A DNA stretch of 51,733 bases, filler included, from Sphacelaria rigidula (GCA_964200075.2; 4 parts of 4 records of this genome joined end to end with filler, not necessarily neighbours in it), one strand, 5' to 3'; positions 25,922 through 38,877 are shown, counted from the whole stretch's first letter. Program-made: numbers and translations. Notes: generated by a model from the letters alone, not told the origin.

Positions 25922-26908
25922 GACCTGTTGTGAATAAAACTTACTCATTTCCTGATCGTACTTTCGACGCTCGATTTCCCGGTAACATTGTTGGCTGTGC
26001 CGACAGAATATTGCACCAATGTACGAGATAAGCGTTGTGCCCATTAATGCAGGCACAACCCGCCGCAGAGAGCCTTGAAAAGCCTACTCTCAATCGCACC
26101 ATCCACTCTCAATCTCACGAAACTACTGTTACTAACGGATACGTGCCCAAAAAAAACTTGAACAAAAACGAAGTATCTCGTCAAGACATCTTCGCTGCCT
26201 GGGATTCGAGGTGTAGTTTAAATATGAGAGGAAGCCAAGCCCACTAAGACATGACGTGCCTTGTACGTGCGATGTACGTGCCTTGTACGTGCGATGTATT
26301 TGGTATATATACCGTACGGTACGTGTATATCACGATATTGTTCTGGTGCGGTATCAGAATTTGACGGTATTTTGTTTTACGGGAATGATCAGTGTGTTTG
26401 TGTCCGTCAACGGCACGGCACGGTACCGGAACACCGGATACCTCCAAATACTGCAGCGGAACGAGGGCGAACACAACTACGACAATAGCCCCGTTGATTT
26501 CCTAGCAACACTCCCCATTTCCCCTTCTAACGTTAATGGTCCGGGCTCAGGCCATGCCTGACATGAAGGTTTTCGGCTTCGGTATTAGGTGCTGCTAAGC
26601 GCAGTGTTCGAGTAGATACGCCGATACTTTATACGCCTTGCACAATGTGAGGTCTGGGAGCTTGCTCCGCAACACAACGGGGGGAACTCGGCCCCACTAA
26701 AATCGTAGCATTGTGTGCAATTAGAAAGTCGCATCACACGTGGCATGCAACCAGCGTTGCCGTAGCAAGAGGGATTCTTTCTCCGTCGGATCGTTAACTG
26801 ATGCAGAACCGCACACGAGTAGCGAGGCATTCACAAAAAGCAATACCCTGGCCTGTCTGAAATTTCAACAGTGGTTTCACGAAGGGTGTAGGTTGTTGTA
26901 ACCGCTAG

Positions 26909-27169
26909 GTTCCGGTCGACTGGAGTTTCCTTTCGCAACCGAACTTTTGTGTACGTGTGCGGCCCCCAAGAGGATATCATACCGTGCTCGAATCTGTCGG
27001 TTTGTTACAGTGCCCTGTGTGCTTGATGCAGAGCAAGGTACAAGTCTGGATGATAGCGGTAGAAATGGAAATATTGCGCGAGAACCTGATGCCATTAAGT
27101 GCGTTGTTACACATTATTTCGAACCTGCGACCCTGGGCGAAGGCCCGATGGAAAGTAGCGAATATGCAG
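26909..27169 (+). CDS. Possible further upstream exon of the QNG1-like gene
   Basis: Open frame between a ccgctag| acceptor and a GCA G|gtttct donor. The phase-1 junction fits the next exon across a 70-nt intron. Family similarity is weak. Confidence 0.4.
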
Positions 27170-27239
27170 GTTTCTAGACTAAAAGGGTTTTGACAGAAGT
27201 CCCTCCCATTGTTTGTACTAACTCCTCTATCTACCGTAG

Positions 27240-27323
27240 GTATTGGGTGGGGCTCTGGCTGGCAACACTCAGAAGACGCTGGTGGTGGTGGGATGTTGAC
27301 ATGTCAGTGCATCTTTGTGCTTG
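27240..27323 (+). CDS. QNG1: QNG1-like gene, upstream exon
   Basis: TACTAAC branch point at 27216-27222, ccgtag| acceptor, G|gtgaga donor. Encodes IGWGSGWQHSEDAGGGGMLTCQCIFVL, and its phase-1 junction (G|CC) joins the main exon in frame. It resembles the family W...WH......G.LT.QY.FVL segment. Confidence 0.8.
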
Positions 27324-27729
27324 GTGAGAATGAAGGCCCATTGAGGGCGTGACAGGAGGGGGGGCACGTGCATTGAGAGAACCACGTTTTCATAGGAGGG
27401 GTAGCGGATACATTTGCGGTCGAATCATCGTCAGGGTGTCAGGATTTCGTTGCGGTTGGCGCTGTCGTGCATATATTTTACCAATATGTCATGCGCCACC
27501 CCTGGAAGAGGTTGAAAAAAACGGGGGAACAGCTCATTTTCAAGTGGTGTGAAATGCGATACGTTGCCGAGAAATTCTACCCGAACGTTTCATCTGCACA
27601 AAGTAGCACCGCCGAAAATGCCCTCGCCCCCTCGTCTCCGTGCTCTGCTGTCTTTTACCGCATCCCGTCTGTCAACACAAAAATGTTCTCGTTAAAAACA
27701 ACGGAAACCGACGGCGGAGGCGAGCACAG

Positions 27730-28307
27730 CCTGCCTGGACTTTTGCTTGTGGCCCAACCAGAGTCTCCGGCACGAGCATCTCGCTCAAGGCCTGAGGACG
27801 TTGGTACAGCGTGATCCCTCGGCCCTCTCCGCCGATCGCTTGGTGAACACGACAGAGGACACCATTCGCGGTTGGTTCTTGGGCTTCGAGATCCCAAACG
27901 TCGCGGAGCGAGCGAAGAATATCAGAGAGTTGGGCTATGTATTGCGGGTGCAGTGTGGAGGTCAGGCTGCCCTTCTCGTCGCTCGTGCACAGCACTCCGC
28001 CGCTCGACTGGTGGAATTCTTGACCTGCCTTCTTCCGAATTTCCGCGACCAGGCGGTGCACAAGGGCCGGCAGTGCTACTTCTACAGTCGCGGGCAAACC
28101 TTAGTGGCCGAGTTATGGGCAGCATACGGGTGCCCGCCTCCTGGATCGGGCAGCCCGTACGCGTTCGAAGACTTGGAAGACATGAGTACGTTCGCGGATC
28201 ATCGAGTGCCGCAGATACTGTCGTACCTCGGAATCATCGACTACAGTAATCTCTTGGCGGGAAAGATAGCGAACAGTGTGGGGCTGCAGGCAGGAGCCGA
28301 GGAGGAG
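27730..28307 (+). CDS. QNG1: Queuosine salvage protein family (DUF2419 / QNG1-like), main exon; divergent
   Basis: cacag| acceptor, GAG|gtgaga donor, open frame. Translation CLDFCLWPN...ERAKNIRELG..L....GG.A..LV..A..SA.RLV......PNFRD.A.HKG....FYSRGQTLVAELW......FEDL..MSTFADHRVPQIL..LGI..YS..L...I......AG.EEE follows the DUF2419 motif order. Confidence 0.88.
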
Positions 28308-28474
28308 GTGAGACTGCAGTTGGGTAGGCGTCGGCTTTGCGACACAGTGTGGTCGCGGATTAACAGCTTTGGAGTTCCTCTTTCGGTGGTGCGCATATTT
28401 CAGTGTAGGGTTTGTCACGCACCGCTCAATAACTATACAGTGTGGAGTCCCACATCCCGCTATTGTAAGTAACG

Positions 28475-28995
28475 AGTCCATATTGAGTCTCCCAGTTGAG
28501 CGTCGGCGCTTCAACATGAAGACTGCGAGTTCGACTGAAGTTGAACTTGAAGGTCGGAGATTGAAGTTGAGAGTCGACACCCTGAACCTGAACCCCCGAC
28601 CCTTAACTCGAGCGGCTCGGCCTTTAACTTGAGCGCGGGATCTTCAACTTGAGGCTAGAATTTCAAGTTACGTTCGACTCGTGGGCCGGTCAGAAGTTTC
28701 ACCTCCAATTTGAAGGCCAATCATCGACATAAAGCTTCGACATCGAGGCTTTGCATTCAGGTCCTGGCTCCGTTCAGTCCAAAGGTTGACCTTCTCGTGA
28801 AGGTGGTTCGTCGAAGGTGGGCCTGCGAGTGGAAACTTCGAGGCCACGTCGTAAATTCAAGTTGAGGGGCGCGGGACTTCAATATGAAGGGTCAACTTGA
28901 AGGTTCGACTCTCAAGTTGAGTGTGTTATGCCCAAATTGAGACCCTGACCGTCGACTTGAACCGTCAACTTCCAACTTGAACACTCAAGTTGAAT
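28475..28995. repeat. Degenerate TTCAACTTGA / TCGAAG-motif element, probably TE-derived
   Basis: Repeated aagttga / tcaactt / ttcgac motifs in both orientations. Confidence 0.5.
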
Positions 28996-29836
28996 TCGCG
29001 ATAATGGCGGCATCCCGTGGAGCCAAGACATCCAATGAAGCACAGAGATCTCAAAGATTCTCGAATATATCTGTAGAACATCTCTCTTGGTGCTTCCTCG
29101 GAGGACGCTTAGTTCTACCCACCACGGTTTACAAATTGACGATGAATATGCTTCCAAAGCTAGCACATCAGAGACATTTTTGTGCAGGCGCAATAATTGC
29201 TTCCCGCTCAGGCGTGTGAAACCCGATTGCGTAGAACTCACGCGCTACTGCCTAGTGTGTACTGTTACTGTACATATAGGTAGGGTCTGCTAGTGTCTAA
29301 TAGAGAATATCAAATCTGTACCCAAGTGGCCATTAGTGATCAAAGTCAAACCTAGCATTTGTGTGGCCCATTACACACCCCCGGAGTCAGTGATGGGCGT
29401 GGGGTTCACATAAGCCGAGAAATATGCCGTCAGTATACCGTGTTAAGCCGTTTCCATTCACCCTTTATCAAGTTTAATGTCATCACTAGGGTCAAACGTA
29501 GTCTAGCGCCAACGACATGGGACTTTTACAAGTTGAGGATGGATTTCTGAAGTGAGGACGAACCTCGGGAAGCTACATACGCATCGAAATCTTTTCGAAA
29601 AAAAAGACAAATGCACTTTCCGCCCATGATGTGTGATCTCACTCATCCTCAAAAAAGTCCACCTGAAATTGGTAAAATCCGGGTCATTTATACCGAAAAA
29701 TGTCGTCCTCCGGTCATGCCGGCACAAAAAACTCTTTTTGTTTATCTAAACCCACAAGAAACACGGGATGTTTAGAATCGCGGGTGTTTTTTTCAGGGGT
29801 GAACGGGGTCGCAAATCACGGCCGGAGAGTACATTT

Positions 29837-30040
29837 CAAGGGCAGGTCGAATAGACTATACTCAACTGCGGGGTATTTCAAAAGTGGTACTTCAAGTACC
29901 CAAATTGGGGTACTTTGTTACGAGTCGTACCCTAAAAATAACCGGGAAGCGACCCCTACCACCCTACTCCAATTTGTGTACTTGAAGTACAACTTTTGAA
30001 ATACCCCGTAATTGAGTATACTTTACTCGATCTGCCCTTG
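29837..30040. mobile_element. hAT-like MITE (CAAGGGCAGGTCGA family)
   Basis: TIR CAAGGGCAGGTCGA / TCGATCTGCCCTTG, with 8-bp TSD GTACATTT / GTACAATT. Confidence 0.8.
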
Positions 30041-30589
30041 GTACAATTGTATTTCTTGTTTGAAAAAGTTTCGATGCACGTGAAGTTTTCCAAAGTTCAT
30101 CCTCAATGAAAAATCCTTCCCCAATTCGTGAAATCCCGTGTTCAACGCTGAAGTTACAGGTAGCTGAGTGTCGTGACAACATTCAAGTTGTTCTGTACAA
30201 CTTCAATGCAATGGGTTGAGTCTCGGTACGTGCAGGGACTCGCAGTAACGGCTGCATCTACACCCACAATATCAAAAACCCCGTAGTCCGGAGCCTGCCA
30301 AACACTGCACACTTGCAAAACCCGTTGGAAAAATGCATATGCACAATCATGTTGGGAAGCCTGAGCCGAATTTCGCCAGGCTCTGGCTCTATATCCGGTG
30401 ATGGCTGACCCTTGGGTTACACTCGTGCAATCCTTAGTATACCGAGATATTTGAGCAAAAGACACACACACACACACACGAAAACTGAGGTGACGGACTG
30501 GACCACCATTTCCGAAGAACGTGGAACTTTCAGCACCCAAGTTGTATGATGCCACTCGTCTTGTATGTTATTTCAAATGTGGTTAAGAT

Positions 30590-31390
30590 TGGATTGGGTA
30601 TAATTCGGCTATTTTGGCGTGTCGATACCCTGGGTCACCTGGAGTACTGAGTATTTTCGACGGCTTGTTCCCGGAGTACCCGGAGTACTCCGCATGCATA
30701 CATAGTACTCCGACTTCGAGGTACCTTGGGGTACCCAGTACTTCCGACAATGCCTCCTGTGAGTACGCCCGAGTACTGAGCAGCTGTGGCGGCCGATAAA
30801 CCCGGGTACCCTGGAATATTGATGTAGTAATGCCTTGCATACCCTGGAATGCACAATATTTTTGGCAGATAGTTCCCTGGGTACCCGCAGCACGGAGTAT
30901 TGAGGGCAACGATACCCTGGGTACTCTGAAATTTTTACTCTGAATGTTTTCCACACTTCATACCCTGGGAACCCTAACATACTGAGTATTTTTGATGGTC
31001 GGGATCTGGGTACCCTGAAATACTGAGAATGCCGGGCAGTCGCTAACCTGGGTACCCAGCACATGCACTCTGTACTCAAGATACAATACCGGGTACTTCG
31101 AAGGATGGGTACCTGAAGTACCCCGGAATACTGGGTATCGTCGATGACAAACGGTACCGACACCGGGTGTTCCGTGGGGCAAGTACCTCGAAGTACCCTA
31201 TGGTACTCACTATATTCTTTAGAAAACTGAGTATTTCCGGTTGTACACACCACGAGAACCCCGGAATACTGAGTACTTTCGATAGCTCGTACTCTAGGTA
31301 CCCTGGAATACTGCGTAATTTCCACCATCGCTACCCGTTCGTACCCTGGGGTACGGGTACTCAAAATACCCTGAAATCCAGGGTGCGGGA
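30590..31390. repeat. Degenerate short-motif array (GGGTACC / GAGTACT / TACTGAGTATT), probably TE subterminal repeats
   Basis: Dense recurrence of gtaccc, ccctgg and tactgagta motifs. Confidence 0.6.
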
Positions 31391-32398
31391 GAGTACGTAC
31401 GTATTGTACACTTGCTCATCTTTGTTGTATTTCTATGATTACCAGCTGCACTCTCACTTCAATTCTCCATACATAGATGAGGATAAAGTGAGAAGGGGCC
31501 GAAATAATCAACCGAGGAAGCTCCTTCAGCTTCGACCCCGAATCATGGCTGCATGGCGCACTTAAACCGGCGCTTTCAGCATTCTTCTAGATAGCTATCG
31601 GCTTCTCATCACCACGGCATCCTGTCACAACATCGGTGCAATACGCAGTTCATATGCCAAACTACGGTTCAAGCACACAAACCCAACCATGTGATTGACA
31701 TCAATGGAAGTTTTGAGTAAATGTTCCAACGCTCCCTCTTGAGACGAAATTACATCGTGTGTACATGAACAAGTTGGTGTCATCCTTGATCGATACTCCG
31801 CCTCCCCAGATCAAAAGTTTATCATATGTGTTTTCCTCGCATCAGATAATTGGTCGACCTCCCAATGCGCTCGTTCGGTACCCTGTAATTATCAAAACCT
31901 GAGCTCTTTGTGTACACCAAGGGCTCAAGAATTGAACCCCACTCTAGGCTGATTCCTTACATGTTATTTCTTGTAATTTTGCGAAATTGCTCTTCTCAGG
32001 TACCTGACTGCTTCCCCACCACTTGCCTCAACACGCTGTATACCCTTTGCATCTCTCGTATTTCTCGCATTTCCCATAATGCATCGAAAGAAGCTTGAAG
32101 TGTCAAGCTCGTCTCGTTTGAACGATGGATGATCCTGATATTCTGCCCCCCCCCCCCTCACCTCTACACTCTTGGGTTGGCGTCGAGCGGCAACGGCGCT
32201 GTAAAACAAGCCATCGAAACTTGGGCATAAAAGGTACTGATTGTCACCGTACATATACGAGGGACCGCCACAGGACAAAGAAAGTCTCGGCCCGAGGGAC
32301 GCAAGAGACATGCTAAAACGTGAGCAACCCGATTTGTTTCCCCTCAGAAACACAAAATGAATATAGACGTGATATACCAAAACTATTTTCCCCCGATA

Positions 32399-33176
32399 CC
32401 ATTTCACAGCCCGGACATAGATATGAAAATGAAGAGGCTAACCCTCCTTTTTATTCAAGCTACCATAACACAGCCCGGATATGGACATGAAATAACGAAG
32501 CTAGCCCTCCTTCTTCTTTAACCTACCATAACACAGCCCGGACGTAGACATGAAGCGACGAAGCTAACCCGCCTTTTCTTTAACCCACCATAACACAGGC
32601 CGGTCATAGACATGAAATAGAAGAGCTAACCCTCCTTTTTCTGTAACCTACCATATCACAGCCCGGACATGGACATGAAATGAAGAAGATAAGCCTCCTT
32701 CTTATTTAGCATGCCATACCACAACCCGGACATCGACATGAAATTAAGAAGCTAACCCTATCTTTTCTTCAACCTACCATAACACAGCCTGGACATAGAC
32801 ATGAAGTAGGGACGCTGACCCTCCTTTTTCTTTAACCTATCATAATACAGCTTGGACATAGACATGAGATGGGAAAGCTAACTCTCCTTTTTATTTTAGC
32901 ATACCTTAACACAGCCTGGACATAGACATGGAATGGAAGATAATCCTCCTTTTTATTCAGCATACCGTAGCACAGCCCGGACATGAGACATGAAGTTATG
33001 AAGCTATCCCTCCTTTTCTTTAACCTCCCATAACACAGCCCGGACATATACATGAAATAGAGAGGCTAATCCTCCTTTTTATCTAACCCACCATAACACA
33101 GCCCGGACATAGACATGAAATAAAGAAGCTAACCCCCCCCTTTTTTACCCTACCATAATACAGCCCGAATATGAAC
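32399..33176. repeat. Minisatellite, ~63-bp unit, about 12.4 diverged copies
   Basis: Consensus CCATAACACAGCCCGGACATAGACATGAAATAGAAGAAGCTAACCCTCCTTTTTCTTTAACCTA recurring every 61-64 nt. Confidence 0.93.
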
Positions 33177-33329
33177 GTGGAATCGCGCAAAAATAACAGA
33201 TCTACAGTCCCATATCAAGTCGGAAAACAACCGAGATTCCCCCCTAGATCATATCAATTGTAAGACGAGAATAAAGCCAAAACCTAGACATGGAAGTAAT
33301 AGCGTGAAGGTTGACTACCCTACATACAA

Positions 33330-36300
33330 ATCGAAAGTAAAGAAGTTATACCCAGTACGGATAGGGTAGGGTGATCACCCACTTCATGTCAAGTTCACAT
33401 GGAGGTTGGGGTCTCGTGGCGAGATACCCGTAAAATCTCACCGGTTTCCATTGGGCGGTGGAAGTCTGGTCAGTCATTTCCAGAATTTTCCGATATTAGG
33501 TGCAAAAGGCACCAAGTGGAGGGAAGGGGTGGACAATGCATGGTGTAAACGTCAAGACCTACTGCACTCATGAAACAGTCACCTTACCGATGACCGACCA
33601 CATGACCTACGAGAAGGAGCACCAAGCGGTACGTAGACTTCTTGTGGTCTTGAAGGATAGAAGCTGGTACAAGGTGTGGCGGGATCGTTGGCCAAGCTTT
33701 CGGCACCGAAGGTCTAGTCGGGGGTATCAATGAAGTAGCGACCCAGGGTGAACCGTACACGGAGTAGGAAAAGTGATGTACGGGACATCCCGGTGTGAGT
33801 GAGGCCTTGTGTTATGCAAGCCGTCCTTGAACCTTACACGGTGAAAATGACCTCCCTGGAGCAAAGCTGCCAGTACAGTAGAGGGGCAAGAAGATAGAAG
33901 ATACGATCGTGGGACGCCTGGATGGTTTACCGTGACGATCGCCTGGCACAAACGTGGGGTACTTGTGCCAAAGGTGTTGAACTTGGCTCCAGGCTATGAG
34001 CCCGTGTTGGAGGCATGATTTAGTATCGGTGAGCCAGCAGAATAACTGAAAGACACCAGACTCCCAACGAATACTAGGATCGGGATCTCCCAGCACACTG
34101 ACTACATCCCACCAATACAATTGACACGAAAAAGCTGAAGATTCTCTCGAAAGCGATCGAGAGAGAGAGACGGTACGGAAGGGCAGAAGGAGAAGTAAAG
34201 AGTGGACGGGTAAAGTACTAGTAGTGCTGGTATTCGGAGTTCGTAGCGATATGACAAGAATAGAGTTTAAGACGAAATGTAATGGAGTTGGACTATACTG
34301 TTTGTTCAGAGGAAACGTAGAAAGAGAGGGAGAACACTCCCGAGTCACGCTCAAACAGAGCGCGAGGATGGAGTGGGAAAGGATAGAGACAAGTAAGGTG
34401 TAGGCATGGGTTAGAAAAATTGGGCGGAGAGTATGCATAGCTAATGGAACAACAAACCTAGGACGTAGTCCACGGGTAAACGGAGGGGGAGAGAGCGCAG
34501 GAACAGGTAAGTGTCCGGAAGGGGAAGGGGAGGGGGCATAGCGGCCCGAAGCAAATAGAGGAGGACCAACGCAGAAACGGGAAGAATAACCAAGCGAGGG
34601 AAAGTAAAAGCAAAAAGGACGGAGAGGGAATAGTAGACAACACAAGAGCAGTTAATGATTCGGAAAGGAAGTTGAGAATAGGATCGTGGAACGTGTGTGG
34701 GTTCGTCACAGACAAGCGCAAAAGAGACGAGATAGCGCAACAAGTGAGTAAACACGACCTAGATATAGTAGGAATCCAAGACTCATGGCAGGAAGAGGGG
34801 GAGGAAATAGGATGCCAAGTCGTAGAGTGCGCATGGATAGATAAGAAGTGGAAGGGACAAACGTCCAAGAGCAGGGGAGCGGGGGGAGTAGGATTCTTGG
34901 TCATGGAATATCTGTGCGACAGTGTAGAAGTGATCGAAGACACGAAATTCGACCAGATCATATGGCTAAGGGTACCAGGAGAGCGGGGAACGAAGGACTT
35001 TTTCGTAGGTAACATCTATATGCACCCAGAATCGAAGAGTGGGGTGAACGATCACAACGGAGATTTGGGGAGATACCAGCAGATGTACATAAGTACAAAT
35101 GGCAAATAGAAGTAATGTTAGTGGGAGATTATAATGCAAGGGTAGGAAGGGCAGATCAACCGGATGATATCATTGGGCAATACGGGGAAGATAAGAAGAA
35201 CACGAATGGAGTAGAAATGCTGAAGTTCCTCGAGCATGAGATGAAGACGCTGAACGATAGAGCACGAAAGCCAGAGGCGCAATGAACATGGACTAGGGAA
35301 TGCAAAGGGAAAAAGATAGAACACTCCGTTCTTGACTATTTAGTGGTGGAGCATGGGATTAGTATAGAAATGGAAGTACATGTATGCGCGGAGGACGTGG
35401 GAACCACATATCACTGCCTAATCTGGACAGAAAGCCAACGGACGAGAGCTCAGAGAAATAGGCGGGGTAGAAAGTTGTACAAATGGAGAATCGATGAACT
35501 AGATGTGGAAGAAAAAGGGCAAGAGTTCCAAGAAGAGATGACCAAAAATGCGGTGAAAATTCCCGAGCTGTTGGAACGCCTAGGTACAGTTGATACCGAA
35601 ATTAGATGAAATCGGGCAGGAGCAAAGATCATAGACGGATGGGAGCAGCTGGTCAAGAACACAGCGAGAAACGTCGTAGGGAGGAAATTGATTGTATGCA
35701 ACAGAGCAGTAAAATGGTGGGATGAGGAAGTGAAAGAGACTTGAGGAGAGAGGCTCACGCGAGATGGATGTCGAGCAAAAGTATGGGAGGATAGGAGGAG
35801 TATACTAAAGCTCGAAAGGAAGTGAAAAAGATGGTACAGCAGAAATAGAAGGAAGTTTGGGAAGGTGTAATAAAAGAAAAAAATGAAGATTTCGACGGCG
35901 GGATGAAACAAATGTGGGCAGGGATAAAAAGGATGACGAGAAACCAAGCAGGAAAAATGGGCAAGGGGATAGATACACTCCGGGCACAGAACGGTAAAAT
36001 GGCCAGTAGTTCGAAGGGAAAGAAAGAAGTGCTGGTCGAGCACTACCGTAAACTGGAACACCAGAAACAACCACGGAGTTCAACATAGAATTCGAAAAGG
36101 AAATCGACGCGTGGGCAGAGGCAAGTGTAGAGACGTCGGAACGGAAGGATAGAGGCTCGGCAGAATTGCAGAGAGAGTTTACTAGAGATGAAGTAGAGGT
36201 GTGCGAGAATACACTGCCAAATGGAGAGTGACAGCGAACGTTAACAAATGCGCGGTGCTCGTCTGTAACGGAGATAGGAAAAATCCGGTAGAGTTTAAAT

Positions 36301-37480
36301 GGAAGTGGGGAGAAGAACAACTGTTGATCGAAGACCAGTACACATTCCTTGGGGTAGAGATCTCAAGAAACTGTTCTTGGGATGAACGCATACACAGTGA
36401 TGGAAAAGGGTAAGGCACAGATCGGCAGAATGCATGTGATCCTCAGAGACCCGTACCTAGACACTAGGATCAAAAGATGTGTCCTGATGACCGTGATCGT
36501 AGCAAAGCTGGAATATGCAGAAGTGTGGGAGAGGAACGTGAAGTTAGCGGAGGAGTTAGAAACAGTACAGATGGCAGCAGCTGAGAAAATACTTGGATGC
36601 TCGAAAACGACGAGTAATATAGTTTTGAGAGCAGAATTGGGAATGTACTCACTTGAAACAAACAGAGATATGAGGAAATTGCGATGACAATATAGCTTAA
36701 AGGACATGCAGAGAAAGAGATTGCCAGGTGTAGTAGATAGGGCTGTATGGAACAAAAGTACCGAAGGGCAGGCTGGAGTAAGGTGGGATAAAGAAATCGA
36801 GGAAATATGGAAGGAGACAGGAGCAGACCAAGACGAAATATTGTCCATAGATGAAGGCGCGGGGTACAACGCAAAAAGAAGAGATACGGTCGAAGTAAGG
36901 GAAAAGGAGCGCTCAGACGCAAAGTAGACGATGAAGAACACCTGGAGATATACGGGTGGTTGAGAGAGAGGATAGGGATGAAAGCATATTTGCATGGCCC
37001 AATGGACGCTGCGAATAATATGAACCTGCGATTTCGGGTGGGGAACCTGGATCTGCCAGAAAGGAAAAAGAGATATACCAATCGTCGAAAGGAGGAAGTA
37101 GGTGGACAGAACTGCCCCTGCGGCAAAGCAATAGAGAGCAGAAGTTATACAGTGGCAGAATGTGAACTACACACGGAGGAACGGGGCGTGCTAGAGGGGA
37201 AGTGCGGGACGTAACGAAGATAGCATGAAATCGTTTGATGCGTTATACAGTAAGGAGAAAACGATGGCTATACTAGGAGATAAATGGTGGCCACAGACGG
37301 CGAAACAGGACGTGGATAAGATATGTAAAAGGGTTTTGTGCAATGTATGGAAGAAACGTAATAAGCGCCGAAATGTTAAAGGTGGCTAGGAATAGGAACG
37401 GTGCCTCGTCTGGAGAGGGATGCGTGGTCAATGATCAAACGACTAAGGCAAGAAACAAATGAGTACGCCCCCCCTCCCTG
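33330..37480 (+). mobile_element. Non-LTR retrotransposon (LINE, APE-type), decayed and internally deleted; 5' boundary approximate
   Basis: APE endonuclease motifs RIGSWNVCG, DIVGIQDSW, GGVGFLV, GNIY, GDYNARVG, SVLDY (34672-35430). Also present: a KWWDEEV linker, post-RT YTFLGVEI, a C-terminal CPCG..ES......EC..H zinc motif (~37110), purine-rich coding-strand bias, a stop at 37460-37462 and a short C-run. Confidence 0.9.
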
Positions 37481-38777
37481 CAGTCAGCCCAGAGCTCTCT
37501 CAGAGTGACGTATGTGTACTGTTCCTGACATCTTGTTTGTGACTCAGCTTCGTTGGCGGTGGTGTTCGTGTTGGAATCATCCCGGACTTTGCCCGCGACC
37601 GAATGCTACTTCCTTTTGTTCGTTCCTACTCTTCCTTGTCATCCATTTGTATAGGGATCTTGGTCGACTCGTACATGGATGCGCTCATCGATCCACCTTT
37701 CGTGATCTATCCCTAAAGAATGCCAAATTCTGGTAGAGTTTCAAAACGGTATTATACCTCAACTCGGTTGATCTGCCATACGGTGCTGCTTGAATAGTCT
37801 CCAACCGCAACACCCCTTGGATCCCTCGATACTCTCCGAACGAACGTACAGTACAATTATACTGTTTTCGTATAAGTTGCTTTGTCATTGTTGTCACTGC
37901 GATTGTTAGTGTGCCTATCGCGTTTTTGTCCACTATCAAGCCGAGGACACGCATATATGCGCCGACTCCTTGCTCTAGAGGCATGGCAAAAGGCTTTGCG
38001 TCTAGATATGACTTCCGTGCCATGAATTTTTTTTACTCCCACTGTGGCTGCGAAACCTGATGAAGATGCATGTCCTTCAATTCCAGGTACGATCATTACT
38101 GTCATGGTAATGGTTTTCGTATTGTCGAGACGGTCTCGGGCAATGATATAAAGCCCTCCGTAGCATACACCGTGGCGCAAGCTTTGTTCCTACAGGGATC
38201 TGGTAAGGTGCAATCTGAAATGTGGATGCCGGACCTCCCCTTACCGGCAATGTAGCAATGTTGTTGACGTTCGTGCCTATGGTCTATTTTCTAATGCTCT
38301 AATCTTCTGACGAACGGGGATTGCAGATCGTCTCATGTTGAGACGAACATTCTCCGCTATTACCGTCTGTATTCTCCCCCTGCTCGTTTAGGACACGCTG
38401 GGGGAACATTAAGGGCAATGACCTAGAAAAGGTGTACCTTTTCGTTTTTTGCCCAAGAAAGGTACGAAAAATGGCCAGAAACGCGAAAACAGCCAAACAC
38501 GCCATTTTGACCGTTTTCGCTCCGGATTTTTACGCGCATCGTTCGGGGGGGGGCATTGGCACCCGGGACTCGAAAAACAACGGATGAAAAAACATGTTGC
38601 TCGGGAGATATGGCCACGCGAAAACGGACACTTCGCCTCCAGAAACCGCTTACCTTTTGTAGGGCACATTTCGCCGAGGTATACCTGATCCAGGAATTCT
38701 TTTTCAATCGTACCTTATCTGGGCCACCGATCGGCTGAGAACATACCACTGCCCGGTCATCGCGCTCTACACTGTGT

Positions 38778-38877
38778 NNNNNNNNNNNNNNNNNNNNNNN
38801 NNNNNNNNNNNNNNNNNNNNNTTAATTAATTAANNNNNNNNNNNNNNNNNNNNNNNNNNNNNNNNNNNNNNNNNNNN
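38778..38877. other. Assembly gap with artificial linker
   Basis: Same N-TTAATTAATTAA-N structure. Confidence 0.97.

Noticed and set aside
26536..26581. Candidate first exon of the QNG1-like gene (MVRAQAMPDMKVFGF, G|gtatta)
   Set aside because: The phase is compatible, but the donor is weak and there is no homology support.
30609..31364. 251-aa ORF on the minus strand
   Set aside because: Translation of a degenerate GTACC/GAGTA repeat array, with no protein-like motifs.
32399..33176. CRISPR-like repeat/spacer appearance
   Set aside because: The variable halves are clearly homologous to each other rather than unique spacers. There are no cas genes and the context is eukaryotic.
33812..37131. 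Several long Phe/Leu/Ser-rich minus-strand ORFs
   Set aside because: Antisense shadows of the purine-rich LINE.
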